The notes below the pieces were generated by a model. The model ran no database searches. It was not told where the DNA came from and saw nothing but the letters and a program-made list of their open reading frames with translations. From contig CAVZQN010000004.1 in the NCBI GenBank assembly GCA_963777505.1, positions 1,760,001 through 1,824,000 on the forward strand: 64,000 nucleotides of DNA. Reading direction: 5' to 3'. This DNA comes from an uncultured bacterium. Lineage in GTDB: Bacteria; Acidobacteriota; HRBIN11; JAKEFK01. Of the stretch, positions 11,687 through 21,546 are shown one piece after another (the first letter of the stretch is position 1; every line of letters starts with the position of its first letter). The position numbers and the translations under genes were made by a program.

Positions 11687-11716
11687 TTGCTAATCAAAAT
11701 TGCCTTATAGTATAAT
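11687..11716 (+). promoter_or_regulatory. Sigma70-type promoter for the TPR gene
   Basis: TTGCTA-N18-TATAAT, 38 nt upstream of ATG 11755. Confidence 0.5.
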
Positions 11717-11754
11717 ACGACGTCTGTAAAACGTATTGAAAACATTGGACTAAC

Positions 11755-13815
11755 ATGCCTTCACAGAACCCTGAAAATCTGATTGCTGAGCTTCTTTCCA
11801 AGTGCGAGCAAGCCGTCGAAACTGGAAATTTTGAAGAAGCAATTACCGGGTGTAGAGCCATTTTGCAAGTTACCCCGGATCATATTCGAGCAAAACAATT
11901 GCTCGATGATGCTCAGAGCAAAATGGAAGCTGACTTATTTGTTCGGGATAACCTTCGAAAAGCTCAAGAATATTTCAACGCTCGCGACTATCAAAAATGC
12001 CTGAACGAATGCCAGAAGATCCTCCTTCTGGATAGTAACAATCCTTCCGTTGCTGTTTTAATGAAACAGGCTAACGACAAATTGGAAGCTGAGCCGTTCG
12101 TTCAAAATTTTATTACGTCCGGACAATCACTTTTTGATAGCGGACTTTATAACGAAGCAATTTCGCAATGGGAAAAAGTGAGGTCAATCGATCCCTCATA
12201 TCCCGGATTGGATGGTTTGATTCAAGGAGCCCGCGCACAGTTAGGAAATAACGAAAGTTTGATCGATACGGTCGTTGGTGATGCGTTGCCTGGAATTGAC
12301 CTTAACCTTGATATCAGCAGCGAGCAGGGTCCTGATGGTTTTTCCTTCGATGCATTTGGAATTCAAGAACCTGATCCACAAACGGAAAAGATTGAATTTC
12401 AATCAGATGAAGATCGGATTAATTATTTATTGCGTGAAGGGGATGAGCTCTCCGGTAGTGGTCATTATCAACGAGCAATCGAAGTCTGGTCAGAAATTTT
12501 TATGCTGGATGTAAACCATCCGGAAGCACTTCAAAAAATAGAAGTAGCGCGTCAGGCTGCAGCACAACAAAGAACGGCGAGTCAAGAAGTTGTAAAAAAG
12601 GCGATTGCAGCGTATGAAGGCGGAGAAATTGAACAAGCACGAGATCTTTTTGAAGAAGTTCGGTCGGCCGATCCTGATAATTCGGAAGCCGCACGATATC
12701 TTGAAATGCTTCCTTCTTCCGGAGCCGCTCCGGCAAGTCTTGACGATTTGATTTCTCAAGCGAAAGGCGCCGAAGACCGCGGCCAATATCGAGATGCGGC
12801 AATGCTGTATTCCCAGGCACTTGCAATTGATGCCGATAATGCGGATCTGGCCGATCGCGTTAAGAATTTGAACTTAATGGCGAAGCGCCAGGAGCAAGGC
12901 CGAACTGTATTAGGGAATGCGCGAGCATTTTTAGCTGAAGGAAAATTAGAGAGTGCAAGGCATGCAGTTACCAAAATATTAGAAGCCGATCCTTCAAATC
13001 CAGAAGCGCTTGAAATCATGAAAGAGATCAAAGCGCAAGCTGGAGCGGGTGGAATCACAGATGCCAGACCATCTGTTTCAGCGCCCTCAACAGCGCGTTC
13101 AGGGAAAAAATCTCTTCCAATGATGCCGCTTATGTTTGTGGGTGGAGCTCTTCTTTTATTAGGGTCGGGATTCCTTTTGTGGAATTCTTTAGGTGGAAAG
13201 TCTGAGAAAGATACGGCACAGGCAAGACCCATTAAGAGGCCGATTAATAAAGCGCCGGTTAATTCACAAAAGCCTCTTACCACTCCAACAGTGATTGTGA
13301 GTCCTCAAGACAAGCAAAAAGCTGGCGAAATTGTCCAGGAAGCGCAATTCTATTTCATGGAAAAACGTTACGATGAAGCGTTGCAAAAAGCTGGCGATGC
13401 ATTAAAAATCGATCCCACTAATAAAGAAGCAGCAGGAATTAAAACAGAATCAGAAAAATTAATTAAAGAAGCGGTTGCGGCTGAGCAAAAAATACTGGAT
13501 GATGCAAATGCTTACTTTGGGTATTCGGAATTTGCCGGCGCTGTTAGACTGTATGAAAAATATTTAACAAGACATCCTGAGAGTGTACAAGCGATTCAGC
13601 CACAAATTATCAAGTGCTATTACAATCTTGGGGTTATTGCGATACGGCAATGGAGATGTGACACCGCGGCTGATTATTTCCGCCAGGTTCTTTTTATTGA
13701 TGAAACAGATAGATTGAGTAAGGACGCTCTCGCACTTAGCAGAAAGTGCCAACAAATGGGAACTTCCGATTTAGAAGTTCGAAAAGCGGTAGCGTTCATG
13801 GAAATGCGGAAATAA
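11755..13815 (+). CDS. Bitopic membrane TPR protein
   Basis: Repeated TPR helices on both sides of one TM segment (LMFVGGALLLLGSGFLLW); acidic and Pro-rich linkers. Confidence 0.85.
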   Translation: MPSQNPENLIAELLSKCEQAVETGNFEEAITGCRAILQVTPDHIRAKQLLDDAQSKMEADLFVRDNLRKAQEYFNARDYQKCLNECQKILLLDSNNPSVAVLMKQANDKLEAEPFVQNFITSGQSLFDSGLYNEAISQWEKVRSIDPSYPGLDGLIQGARAQLGNNESLIDTVVGDALPGIDLNLDISSEQGPDGFSFDAFGIQEPDPQTEKIEFQSDEDRINYLLREGDELSGSGHYQRAIEVWSEIFMLDVNHPEALQKIEVARQAAAQQRTASQEVVKKAIAAYEGGEIEQARDLFEEVRSADPDNSEAARYLEMLPSSGAAPASLDDLISQAKGAEDRGQYRDAAMLYSQALAIDADNADLADRVKNLNLMAKRQEQGRTVLGNARAFLAEGKLESARHAVTKILEADPSNPEALEIMKEIKAQAGAGGITDARPSVSAPSTARSGKKSLPMMPLMFVGGALLLLGSGFLLWNSLGGKSEKDTAQARPIKRPINKAPVNSQKPLTTPTVIVSPQDKQKAGEIVQEAQFYFMEKRYDEALQKAGDALKIDPTNKEAAGIKTESEKLIKEAVAAEQKILDDANAYFGYSEFAGAVRLYEKYLTRHPESVQAIQPQIIKCYYNLGVIAIRQWRCDTAADYFRQVLFIDETDRLSKDALALSRKCQQMGTSDLEVRKAVAFMEMRK

Positions 13816-13872
13816 GAAAGCTGTCTTCCTGTTTATTATTCGTCTGACAAAAAAGACGAGCGAAGCTTGATC

Positions 13873-14751
13873 ATGCCTAAAATGAAGTGTCCTAACTGTG
13901 GATCAACGAACGAACGTACTGATACCCATTGCTTGAGGTGCGGCGCCGAATTGGTTGAGCATGTAACAGCAGCCGATCAGGAAACTGTTTCTGTTGGTAA
14001 GCAAGCTGTTCCGGACTGGCGTAAAGAGGTAACACGGAAAGCTCGTGAATTCGGTGAACGTAAGAAATTTCTTACGACCCCGCCACGGCCATTGAAAGAG
14101 CATGCTTCCGATTCTCAATCTGAAGAATCTACCGTAGCGCCTGTTCAGTTTCGTGAGATTGAAAAGCACGCGCCAGCTTTTATTGAGCCTCCGCATGAAA
14201 TTCAGCACCCGAAAGAAGAATTGTCGGTGCATACTCCACCTCAAATTCAAGATCCAGTGATTCCTGTAATGATTCAGCCCCAACCGGCTCACCAGCGCTT
14301 CGAATTAGATCAGCAGGGGATGTTACAAATACAAAGCGAGAGTGAACCGGACGCGCCACTTCATCTTGGTAGGAGAGCGGCTTCACTCATTGTTGATCAC
14401 GCAATTCTTGGAATCGCAATCTATGTTGTGGTTTTTATTTTTCGCGAATTTTTCAGCTATGATATTCAATCGCTGATTCAATCCTCTCCTTTTGCTTTGT
14501 TTTCAGCGTTACTTTTGTTTCACTTCACTTACTATTTTTATTTTCTGAAAACAGCCCGCCAGACTCCCGGTCAGGTTTTCTTTTCGCTTGAGGTACGCAA
14601 GCCATTAAGCGCAGGAAAAATATTCTCGCGATGGCTTTCGCTTGTATTTTTGAATGTTCTGAATGTCTTGCCCTTATTTTTCGGAAAAAAATTTCTGCTA
14701 ATGGATCGCCTTTCCGATACTGAAGTCCGCTCCATGAAACCCGAGGATTAA
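13873..14751 (+). CDS. Zinc-ribbon + RDD family membrane protein
   Basis: CPNC...CLRC; RRAASLIVD, QTPG, MDRLSDT RDD motifs. Confidence 0.82.
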   Translation: MPKMKCPNCGSTNERTDTHCLRCGAELVEHVTAADQETVSVGKQAVPDWRKEVTRKAREFGERKKFLTTPPRPLKEHASDSQSEESTVAPVQFREIEKHAPAFIEPPHEIQHPKEELSVHTPPQIQDPVIPVMIQPQPAHQRFELDQQGMLQIQSESEPDAPLHLGRRAASLIVDHAILGIAIYVVVFIFREFFSYDIQSLIQSSPFALFSALLLFHFTYYFYFLKTARQTPGQVFFSLEVRKPLSAGKIFSRWLSLVFLNVLNVLPLFFGKKFLLMDRLSDTEVRSMKPED

Positions 14752-14773
14752 TTCGGCAGCAACTTGCCTTCGT

Positions 14774-15512
14774 TCAGTCGTCAATTGGCTCAACACCAAG
14801 TCGCTCAAGTCGCTCAAGGCCGTCCTTCATGGCTTTGAGCGCTTCAGGGGAGTGCCCCTGCCAATCCGTGACCTCGCCCGTGACCCGTAGCGGCTCCCGG
14901 GAGCGGTATGACTTCGTCGGATTACCCCGAAACTTCTTGTCCGTCAGATTGGGGTCATCTTCAATCGGGCCAGTCGGTTCCACGATGTAGATTCTGCCGG
15001 GACCTTCGCCGACGGCCAGCTCCGCTCCCCACGTGGCTGCATCCAAAGTGCGGGTCAGATAGACGTAGGTTGTTGTCCTATCCTCTTACCGTAAGTTAGA
15101 GTTATGGCCGGGCTCGATCAGGTCTCCTGGCTTCAGGTCCGCCCGAGTGCCATGGTAGAGAGGCCACTCCGTGACCTCGCCTGTGACCCGCAACGGCTCG
15201 CGGGAGCGCCATGACATCGTCGGATGACCCGGAGACTTCTGGTTCGTTAGTTCGGAGGCATCTTCAATCTGGCCGATCGGCTCCACTATGTAGACTTTGC
15301 CGGGACCTTCGCCGACCGCGAGCTCTGCCTCCCAGATGGCCGCATCCAGATTAGGGGTCAGGTAGACATAGGTTGTCATCCTGTCCCGCTCACCGACGTC
15401 CGGGGGATTGCCGGGCTCGATCAGGTCTCCTGGCTTCAGGTCAGCCCGTGTGCCATGGTAGAACCGCTGCGATCTGCAGGTCGTCGGTGGTGCCGCGAAT
15501 GCCATTGTTCAT
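14774..15512 (-). CDS. arr: Tandem two-domain NAD+-rifampin ADP-ribosyltransferase (Arr), interrupted
   Basis: Two copies of YHGTRADLKPGDLI...VYLT..LDAA.W.AELA.GEG...YIVEP. Both ORFs are in the same frame, split by TAA at 15086-15088. AAGGAG RBS precedes ATG 15512 (an indel follows it). Visibly GC-richer than the flanks. Confidence 0.88.
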
Positions 15513-15679
15513 GATTGTCTCCTTCTAATCTGCGATGTGCGTCTCGTTTTGACAACCACAGACCAACAATCAGGAGTGCCCTCTATATATCCGTTACCAG
15601 GAGTCAGCAACGCCCTGATAAGAAATCCTCTCTTTGTTTTGAACATGAGCGCTCTACGAAGCACATTTATCAAGTATCG

Positions 15680-16167
15680 TTATTTCCACAATATCAGGCC
15701 GTCCGTGGATAAGCCGGCAAATATCTTGGCAGGAATCAAGTTAACAATTAGCATTAGGAAATTCAGGAATGTAAACACTAACAGAAAGCAATTCATGAGG
15801 ACTCGACTCGATTCGTAACCGAAGACCGCAATGTAAATCATCGCTATAAGGAATAGGATAACCTGCGCAAAGATACCCGCCGATGTTACCAAAAGTGCCT
15901 TTAATATTGTGGGCGGCTGCTCATAGCGGCAGTGCCCACCTGTAACATTTATTTGTACTTCAAAAACCTTCAGCCCGAATAGCTTTGCTGCGAGTGCGTG
16001 ACCAAACTCGATGAACGCCGACCAAGAGAATGAATGCAACAATAAAAAAGGGGATATCAGTTATGTTGAATTCAACATATGCGCAAGGCAGAAATCCACC
16101 AAGAAGTACAGACCAATGCAAATGAACTGGCACGCCAAAAGGACCGCGAATTCGTTAATGTCATCAT
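15680..16167 (-). pseudogene. M50/site-2 zinc peptidase family protein, frameshifted
   Basis: Joining frames gives FGVPVHLHWS...VHEFGH...NLIP...DG. Confidence 0.75.
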
Positions 16168-16191
16168 GATGACTTTATAGATGCCACCGAA

Positions 16192-16218
16192 GGTGTCGGC
16201 TCCAACGATTTGTTGGGC
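16192..16218 (-). mobile_element. attC-like half site
   Basis: GCCCAAC (RYYYAAC) on the minus strand after the bla-like stop; 23/27 identical to 17955-17981. Confidence 0.6.
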
Positions 16219-16235
16219 GGTACCGATGAGAGACC

Positions 16236-17355
16236 TTAGTGTTTCCCTTCAAAATAGTCCACAATCAGCCGCCCGATCCGGCCGATCTTATCTTCCTCTT
16301 CCTTGTAGCTTCCTCCCAGATCGTTGGTGAATACCGCAACAATGATTGGGCCCGAAGGCGCATAGATAATACCTACGTCGTTAGCGTCCCAAGGGGAGCT
16401 ATCTCCCGTTTTGTGTCCTACGGGATAATCGATGAAGTGTGGCAGGCGCCGCGCTCCCGCTTGTTGTCGCGCAGCATCTGTTTCATTTCCGCACTGGCTT
16501 CTTTTGACGCGAACGTGGCCCGTTCTATTCCTTGTAGCAGCCGGCCAGCTTCGCGTGGTGTCATCCTACCAAAGTAAAACGGCAGACCACGTTGTTCTAG
16601 CGAGCGTACGAACTTCAGCGAGTGGTCGGGCCTCAAGCGCCGAAACCTCATGACGAATGGAATCTAACCATTCCTGAGTCAGACCGGCCCACGACGGATT
16701 GTTAGTTCGAAGAGCATAAACCTGCGCAACGGTCAGCGACTGGTGGGCTGGATTTGCAATCTCGTATGTAAAGCGAAAGCTCTCGAAAACATTTGTCGCC
16801 ATACGTGCTTCGGTGTAACCCGAGGACAAGAGCCATGAATTGAGTGCAGCGGTCCCCCCGATTCTGGCGAGCATAATGTCCGTGGCAGTGTTATCGCTCG
16901 TGATGATCATCTCCGTAAGCAAATCCCTCAGCGTCGGGTTCGATCCCTCTTGGTGGAATTGCAGGACACCGGAACCAATGTTGAAATCGGACTTTGTAAG
17001 GCGGACGCGTTCGTCGAAGTCCAATTTCTTTTCATCGGCAAGCTGGTAAGCGCGAACCAGTATGGGGATCTTGATCACGCTCTGGGTCTCGAAGACAACA
17101 TCAGGCTGAACCATGGCTTCCTCGCCTGTGGCCAGGTGCTTCACGTAGATGCCAACGCCAAGAGGCTTTCGGTCTCTAAATGATTCCAACTCAATGACAC
17201 CGGTCGGCGCGTTTTCATCGGGCGATCGCAACGTGAACTTCGCCGCTTCGGCTTCGAGAAGATTGGTCAGCCCGCTCTTGCGAGAGGTCTGGGCCCAAAG
17301 GGTCTCCGTCGTGACCAGAAAACAACAACAAAATGATCGGTGTGACTTTCTTCAT
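16236..17355 (-). pseudogene. Class A beta-lactamase-related serine hydrolase, multiply frameshifted
   Basis: Signal peptide MKKVTPIILLLF with GGAGG RBS; SVIK (SxxK), SDN and HKTG across frames; ends ...VDYFEGKH*. Confidence 0.8.
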
Positions 17356-17372
17356 GCCAGATCCTCCAGTCC

Positions 17373-17399
17373 GCCCAACGCTCAAGCGAGTTGTTAGGC
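17373..17399 (-). mobile_element. Collapsed attC-like site
   Basis: Minus strand GCCTAAC (containing the upstream gene's stop)...GTTGGGC, then RBS and ATG of the next gene; only 27 bp. Confidence 0.6.
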
Positions 17400-17787
17400 G
17401 GCGCGGGACCGACCAAGTAGGGCGCCTGCGATTGCTAAAGTTAATGAGCATAACACGGCGATTGCAGTGGCAGAGCTAATAACCAACCAAGCAGTGCCAC
17501 GTACACCGGAGAAGTTTAACTCGAGGTTGCCTGCCAGTGCAATGGAGATAGGAAGCCAGAGCATTGAGACCAGCAAGACTGCTTGAGAGATGTGACGCCG
17601 AACTGAGCCCACCGGACTTAGTGTAAAGGCTGAGCCGGCCAAGGAACAAAAGCAAATAGCCGCCAAGGCGTTGCCCAAAGGCAAACCCCCAGGCAAAAGC
17701 CATTCTAAGTAGCTGGTGCCTGAAACAAGAACGCCAATGGAGAGTACAGATCAGCACAATGAGAATCGGGACAGTCAGTTTTTGCAT
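17394..17787 (-). pseudogene. Small multi-TM membrane protein cassette, one frameshift
   Basis: ORFs 17476-17787 and 17394-17696 join into ~130 hydrophobic aa; the ATG follows GTTAGGC and the stop lies in GCCTAAC. Confidence 0.6.
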
Positions 17788-17806
17788 ATGATTACCTGTG
17801 TGCGCC

Positions 17807-17981
17807 GCCTAACGCACGGAGCTCAGCCGCACGACCTGCGCCGAAACGAAGGCAGCCGGTTGTGCTGGCTTCAGCACAACATCATAGCTGTAAACTTTTC
17901 GTTGTACAAATGGATTATAGCGGCATGCAACCGGCATGACTGAGAGAGGCAAGAGGTGTCGGCTGCAGCGATTTGTTCGAC
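17807..17981 (-). mobile_element. attC-like recombination site (175 bp)
   Basis: Minus strand GTCGAAC...GTTAGGC ends; inner arms GCTGCAGCCG / CGGCTGAGC pair with one extrahelical base. Confidence 0.65.
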
Positions 17982-18149
17982 GGGTCTTAAATCATTGAAT
18001 ATGTTAGAGTGGCTGAAATTAATAATGACGCCTGAGTTGAAAAACTGGACATGACTCGTACTGCGCTAGAAGGGTCGATTACGATTCTTGTATTGACTAA
18101 GATCTAGGACATTGGATCTTATTCCGAATGACATATTCTTGCGAAGCCA

Positions 18150-18211
18150 GCCGAACTACGTATTATACGGCAACATGGCGTATAACACGCTTTTGGAGCG
18201 TATTAGATGCC
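18150..18211. repeat. Imperfect palindrome, possible degenerate attC
   Basis: GCCGAAC start; CGTATTATACG / CGTATAACACG arms. Confidence 0.35.
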
Positions 18212-18419
18212 AAATTAGCGTCTAATTCCATTATGGCGGGCAATGAAAAAAGTCTGATAGCTGCTATCTATTTTTCTGCCTCCAACGGTGAACGATCCGG
18301 GGCCTCTTCAGAAAATCCAAAGATACGTATGACGCTCTAGGTAGAGTTTCAAATTTCGAGTACAATTTCGAGCGCACCTGACTTAAAAAATTGATCTTAT
18401 AAGCAATGGGAAATAACTG

Positions 18420-19226
18420 ATGCGGTGGTATGGCTATCTGGCAGCGATCTCAATGATCATCTGTCAGTATCTGATGTTCAAGAAGGTTGAGCCTGTTTTT
18501 ACTTTTTTTACGCCAATTCAATGGTGGAACTACATTTTTCTTGCGGATGCAATTGTCTCTGCAAGACAGAAACGAAGTTTAATCACGGATCGTCCCGCCG
18601 AATTTTTAATCATGCTCGTCCTTTCAAATGTTTGCTGGTTAATGTTTGAGGGCTATAACTTTCTTTTAAAGAATTGGTATTACATCAATTTGACTCCGGT
18701 GTTCTGGCATAGAATGCTTGGGTATAGCTTGAGCTTCGCAACTATTTTCCCTGGAATTTTTATTACCGCGGACTTGCTCGAGAGTTTCGGTTTGTTCAAA
18801 GACCGTAATCCAAAACCACGCAAACTCAGCGATGGTTTTCTGATAGGGTCACTGGCTGCAGGTCTTGCGTGTGTTGGGTTTCCACTAATTTTTCCGTCCC
18901 CGTATGTTTTTGGCCTTGTTTGGATCGGATTCTTTTTCTTGTTGGAGCCGATCAATTACTGGTTAAAGGGAAGTTCTATCTACGAGGATTTTGAGAAAGG
19001 GAAAAAGCAACGATTCTGGCTGCTTCTTGCTGCAGGAGCTGTCTGCGGTGGATTGTGGGAATTCTGGAACTTTTGGGCCAACTCAAAATGGATTTATACG
19101 GTTCCGTTTACGAAAAACATTAAGTATTTCGAAATGCCGCTTCTCGGGTTTTTAGGATTTCCGCCGTTTGCCCTGGAATGCTTCAGCCTTTATCACTTCA
19201 CGCGGCGTTTGTTGCAGCGAGACTAA
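18420..19226 (+). CDS. Hypothetical integral membrane protein
   Basis: About seven Trp/Phe-rich TM segments; WEFWNFW and EMPLLGFLGFPPF motifs. Confidence 0.75.
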   Translation: MRWYGYLAAISMIICQYLMFKKVEPVFTFFTPIQWWNYIFLADAIVSARQKRSLITDRPAEFLIMLVLSNVCWLMFEGYNFLLKNWYYINLTPVFWHRMLGYSLSFATIFPGIFITADLLESFGLFKDRNPKPRKLSDGFLIGSLAAGLACVGFPLIFPSPYVFGLVWIGFFFLLEPINYWLKGSSIYEDFEKGKKQRFWLLLAAGAVCGGLWEFWNFWANSKWIYTVPFTKNIKYFEMPLLGFLGFPPFALECFSLYHFTRRLLQRD

Positions 19227-20017
19227 GGTTTTTGCAGAAGGTAACTAACATACACAGCTCTTCCGTGTTTGAGTCCTTCGTAGATCTCTGAACCCTTTGC
19301 GCCCATAAATTCACGAAGTGGTGTCTTTAAATCTTCAGGTACGGTTGTAAGATAACTTTCTTTTTCTTCTTCTTGCGATCTCATCGCTTCAATTACATTT
19401 GCAGTGATAGGTTGATCTTCCAATACAGTTAACCCGGAATTTGCAATGGCGCGTTGAAGTGTATCGAGAGTATGCACACTTCTAAAATCGACTAAAACAA
19501 AATGTCCTCCCGGTGCAAGAATCCGGCGAATATGATCCATAAAGATTCCCAGCGAGATATAGCCATGACAGGATTCAACATTGATCACAACATCAAAACG
19601 TTCATTGCGAAACGGAAGGTCTTCTGCATCTCCTGCAACAAACGTGAGATTTTCACAAAGTTGATTTCGGCGGCACGAACGAACAGCTTCTACTGAAAAA
19701 TCGAGCGCTGTATACAATTTTGGCTTGAATCGGCGGACAATGTAGCCCGCGCCAGCGCCACCGCCACAACCAACTTCCAACACTTTTTTCCCTTCAACAT
19801 TGATCCGCGTTGCAACATAATGGTAGAGCTGAAACTGAAAGCGAGTTGCTTCTTCGGAGGAATTTAGAATGAGTGGTGTCGATGGCTCAGAAGAGTAGTT
19901 GTATCCATAGTTCATGAAATACGCACTTGCCTTACCATATTCTTGTGCTGCAAATTGATACCACTTTTGGCGAAGTTGTTTTAATTCCGGACTTGAAGGA
20001 AAGGTATCTTTTACCAT
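19223..20017 (-). CDS. Class I SAM methyltransferase (lipid/fatty-acid O-methyltransferase-like)
   Basis: FMNYGY, VLEVGCGGGAG, GDAEDLPF, NVESCHGY. Confidence 0.87.
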   Translation of the reverse strand: MVKDTFPSSPELKQLRQKWYQFAAQEYGKASAYFMNYGYNYSSEPSTPLILNSSEEATRFQFQLYHYVATRINVEGKKVLEVGCGGGAGAGYIVRRFKPKLYTALDFSVEAVRSCRRNQLCENLTFVAGDAEDLPFRNERFDVVINVESCHGYISLGIFMDHIRRILAPGGHFVLVDFRSVHTLDTLQRAIANSGLTVLEDQPITANVIEAMRSQEEEKESYLTTVPEDLKTPLREFMGAKGSEIYEGLKHGRAVYVSYLLQKP

Positions 20018-20065
20018 CTGCTGATCCCTTCATTAGTATAATGGTTTTACAAAAGAGGACGGATC

Positions 20066-20785
20066 ATGATCAATAACATTTCAGGAAAAGTCGCTCTCGT
20101 CACTGGCGCAAGCAGGGGAATTGGCCGATCAATCGCAGTGATGCTCGCGCAAGAAGGATGTAATGTTGCGCTTGTCGCACGGAATGAAAAGTCCTTGGAA
20201 GAAACCGCAACGGAGTGTAAGAAGCATGGGGTAAACACTTTCTGCTTTCGGCAGGACCTGACAGATACAGCAGAACTTCCAGGCATGGTTGATCAGGTCG
20301 CTTCCAAAATGGGAGGAATCGACATTCTGATTAACAACGCTGGTATTGCCAGCATGGTTTCTGTTCAGGACTCAGATCCCGGTGATTGGAAACGTCTGTT
20401 AGACATAAATCTGTATGCGACGATGGAGATGACGCGCGTTACATTGCCTTATATCATGCGTAGAAAAGGCGGGTGCATCATTTTTATTTCATCAATCTCG
20501 GCCAAGATTACTTACGCAGGAGGCGCTGCATATTGCGCATCGAAGCACGCAATCAACGGATTTGCTGGATCCGTTTTCGAAGATGTGCGCCATCATAACA
20601 TCAAGGTGTGCTCAATCTGTCCTGGCTACGTCAACACTGACATGGTATCGGAGCTTGGAATCGACCGGTCAACAATGACGCAGCCGGAAGATGTTGCGGA
20701 GGCGGTGCGCTTTGTAGTTCGCTTTCCAAGCACTGCTTGTCCAACCGAAATCATCATCAAGTCTCAGAAATCCCTCTACGTTTAA
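20066..20785 (+). CDS. SDR oxidoreductase
   Basis: TGASRGIG, NNAG, YCASK. Confidence 0.93.
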   Translation: MINNISGKVALVTGASRGIGRSIAVMLAQEGCNVALVARNEKSLEETATECKKHGVNTFCFRQDLTDTAELPGMVDQVASKMGGIDILINNAGIASMVSVQDSDPGDWKRLLDINLYATMEMTRVTLPYIMRRKGGCIIFISSISAKITYAGGAAYCASKHAINGFAGSVFEDVRHHNIKVCSICPGYVNTDMVSELGIDRSTMTQPEDVAEAVRFVVRFPSTACPTEIIIKSQKSLYV

Positions 20786-20796
20786 TCCACTTGAGT

Positions 20797-21546
20797 ATGA
20801 AAAGATTTGAAGGAAAAGTGGTTCTGGTTACCGGTGGTAGTTCCGGTATCGGCCGGTCAACTGCACTTCTGTTTGGCGAAGAAGGAGCAAGCGTAGTCAT
20901 CGGAGATATTGATGAACAATTGGGGCAAGCGGCTGTTGAAGAAATAAAAAAGCTTGGTGCATCGGCTCATTTTGTTCGAACGGATGTTTCCAGGTCTGAT
21001 GATGTGGCGAGTCTTGTTGCGGAAACCGTTCGAAGGTTTGGAAGATTGGATTGTGCGGTTAACAACGCCGGAACTTTGGGTAAGCTTGCAGGTATCGCTG
21101 AACAGACTGAAAGTGATTTCGATCACACAATCGCTGTGAATTTAAAAGGTGTTTGGCTCTGCATGAAGTACGAAATTCCCGTCTTACTTAAACAAGAGCA
21201 AAGTGCGATTGTGAATGTTTCTTCTATCAACGGAATTAGTGGTGCTGCAGGTGCTCCAGTTTATTCCGCAGCAAAACACGGAATTTTGGGACTGACGAAG
21301 TCGGCTGCTCTTGAATATGGAGCAAAAGGAATTCGGATCAATGCAATCTGTCCCGGTTCCGTCACAACTCAAATGCTTCATCAATCGTATGGAAAATCAA
21401 TACCTGACCTCGCAATGCAAGTTCCATTAAAAAGGATTGCTGATTCGCATGAAATTGCTCAGGCAATCCTGTGGCTTTGTTCTGATTCGTCTTCCTATGT
21501 AAATGGCCATGCGTTGATTTGTGATGGCGGAGTCCTTGCGCAATGA
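20797..21546 (+). CDS. SDR oxidoreductase
   Basis: TGGSSGIG, NNAG, YSAAK, DGG; start MKRFEGK. Confidence 0.93.
   Translation: MKRFEGKVVLVTGGSSGIGRSTALLFGEEGASVVIGDIDEQLGQAAVEEIKKLGASAHFVRTDVSRSDDVASLVAETVRRFGRLDCAVNNAGTLGKLAGIAEQTESDFDHTIAVNLKGVWLCMKYEIPVLLKQEQSAIVNVSSINGISGAAGAPVYSAAKHGILGLTKSAALEYGAKGIRINAICPGSVTTQMLHQSYGKSIPDLAMQVPLKRIADSHEIAQAILWLCSDSSSYVNGHALICDGGVLAQ

Noticed and set aside
15086-15088. Stop-codon recoding in arr
   Set aside because: The codon is TAA, and neighbouring residues fit a compensating indel pair better.
16239-16577. Plus-strand ORF here and the many other 60-175 aa antisense or nested ORFs
   Set aside because: They are shadows of well-supported genes and have no motifs of their own.
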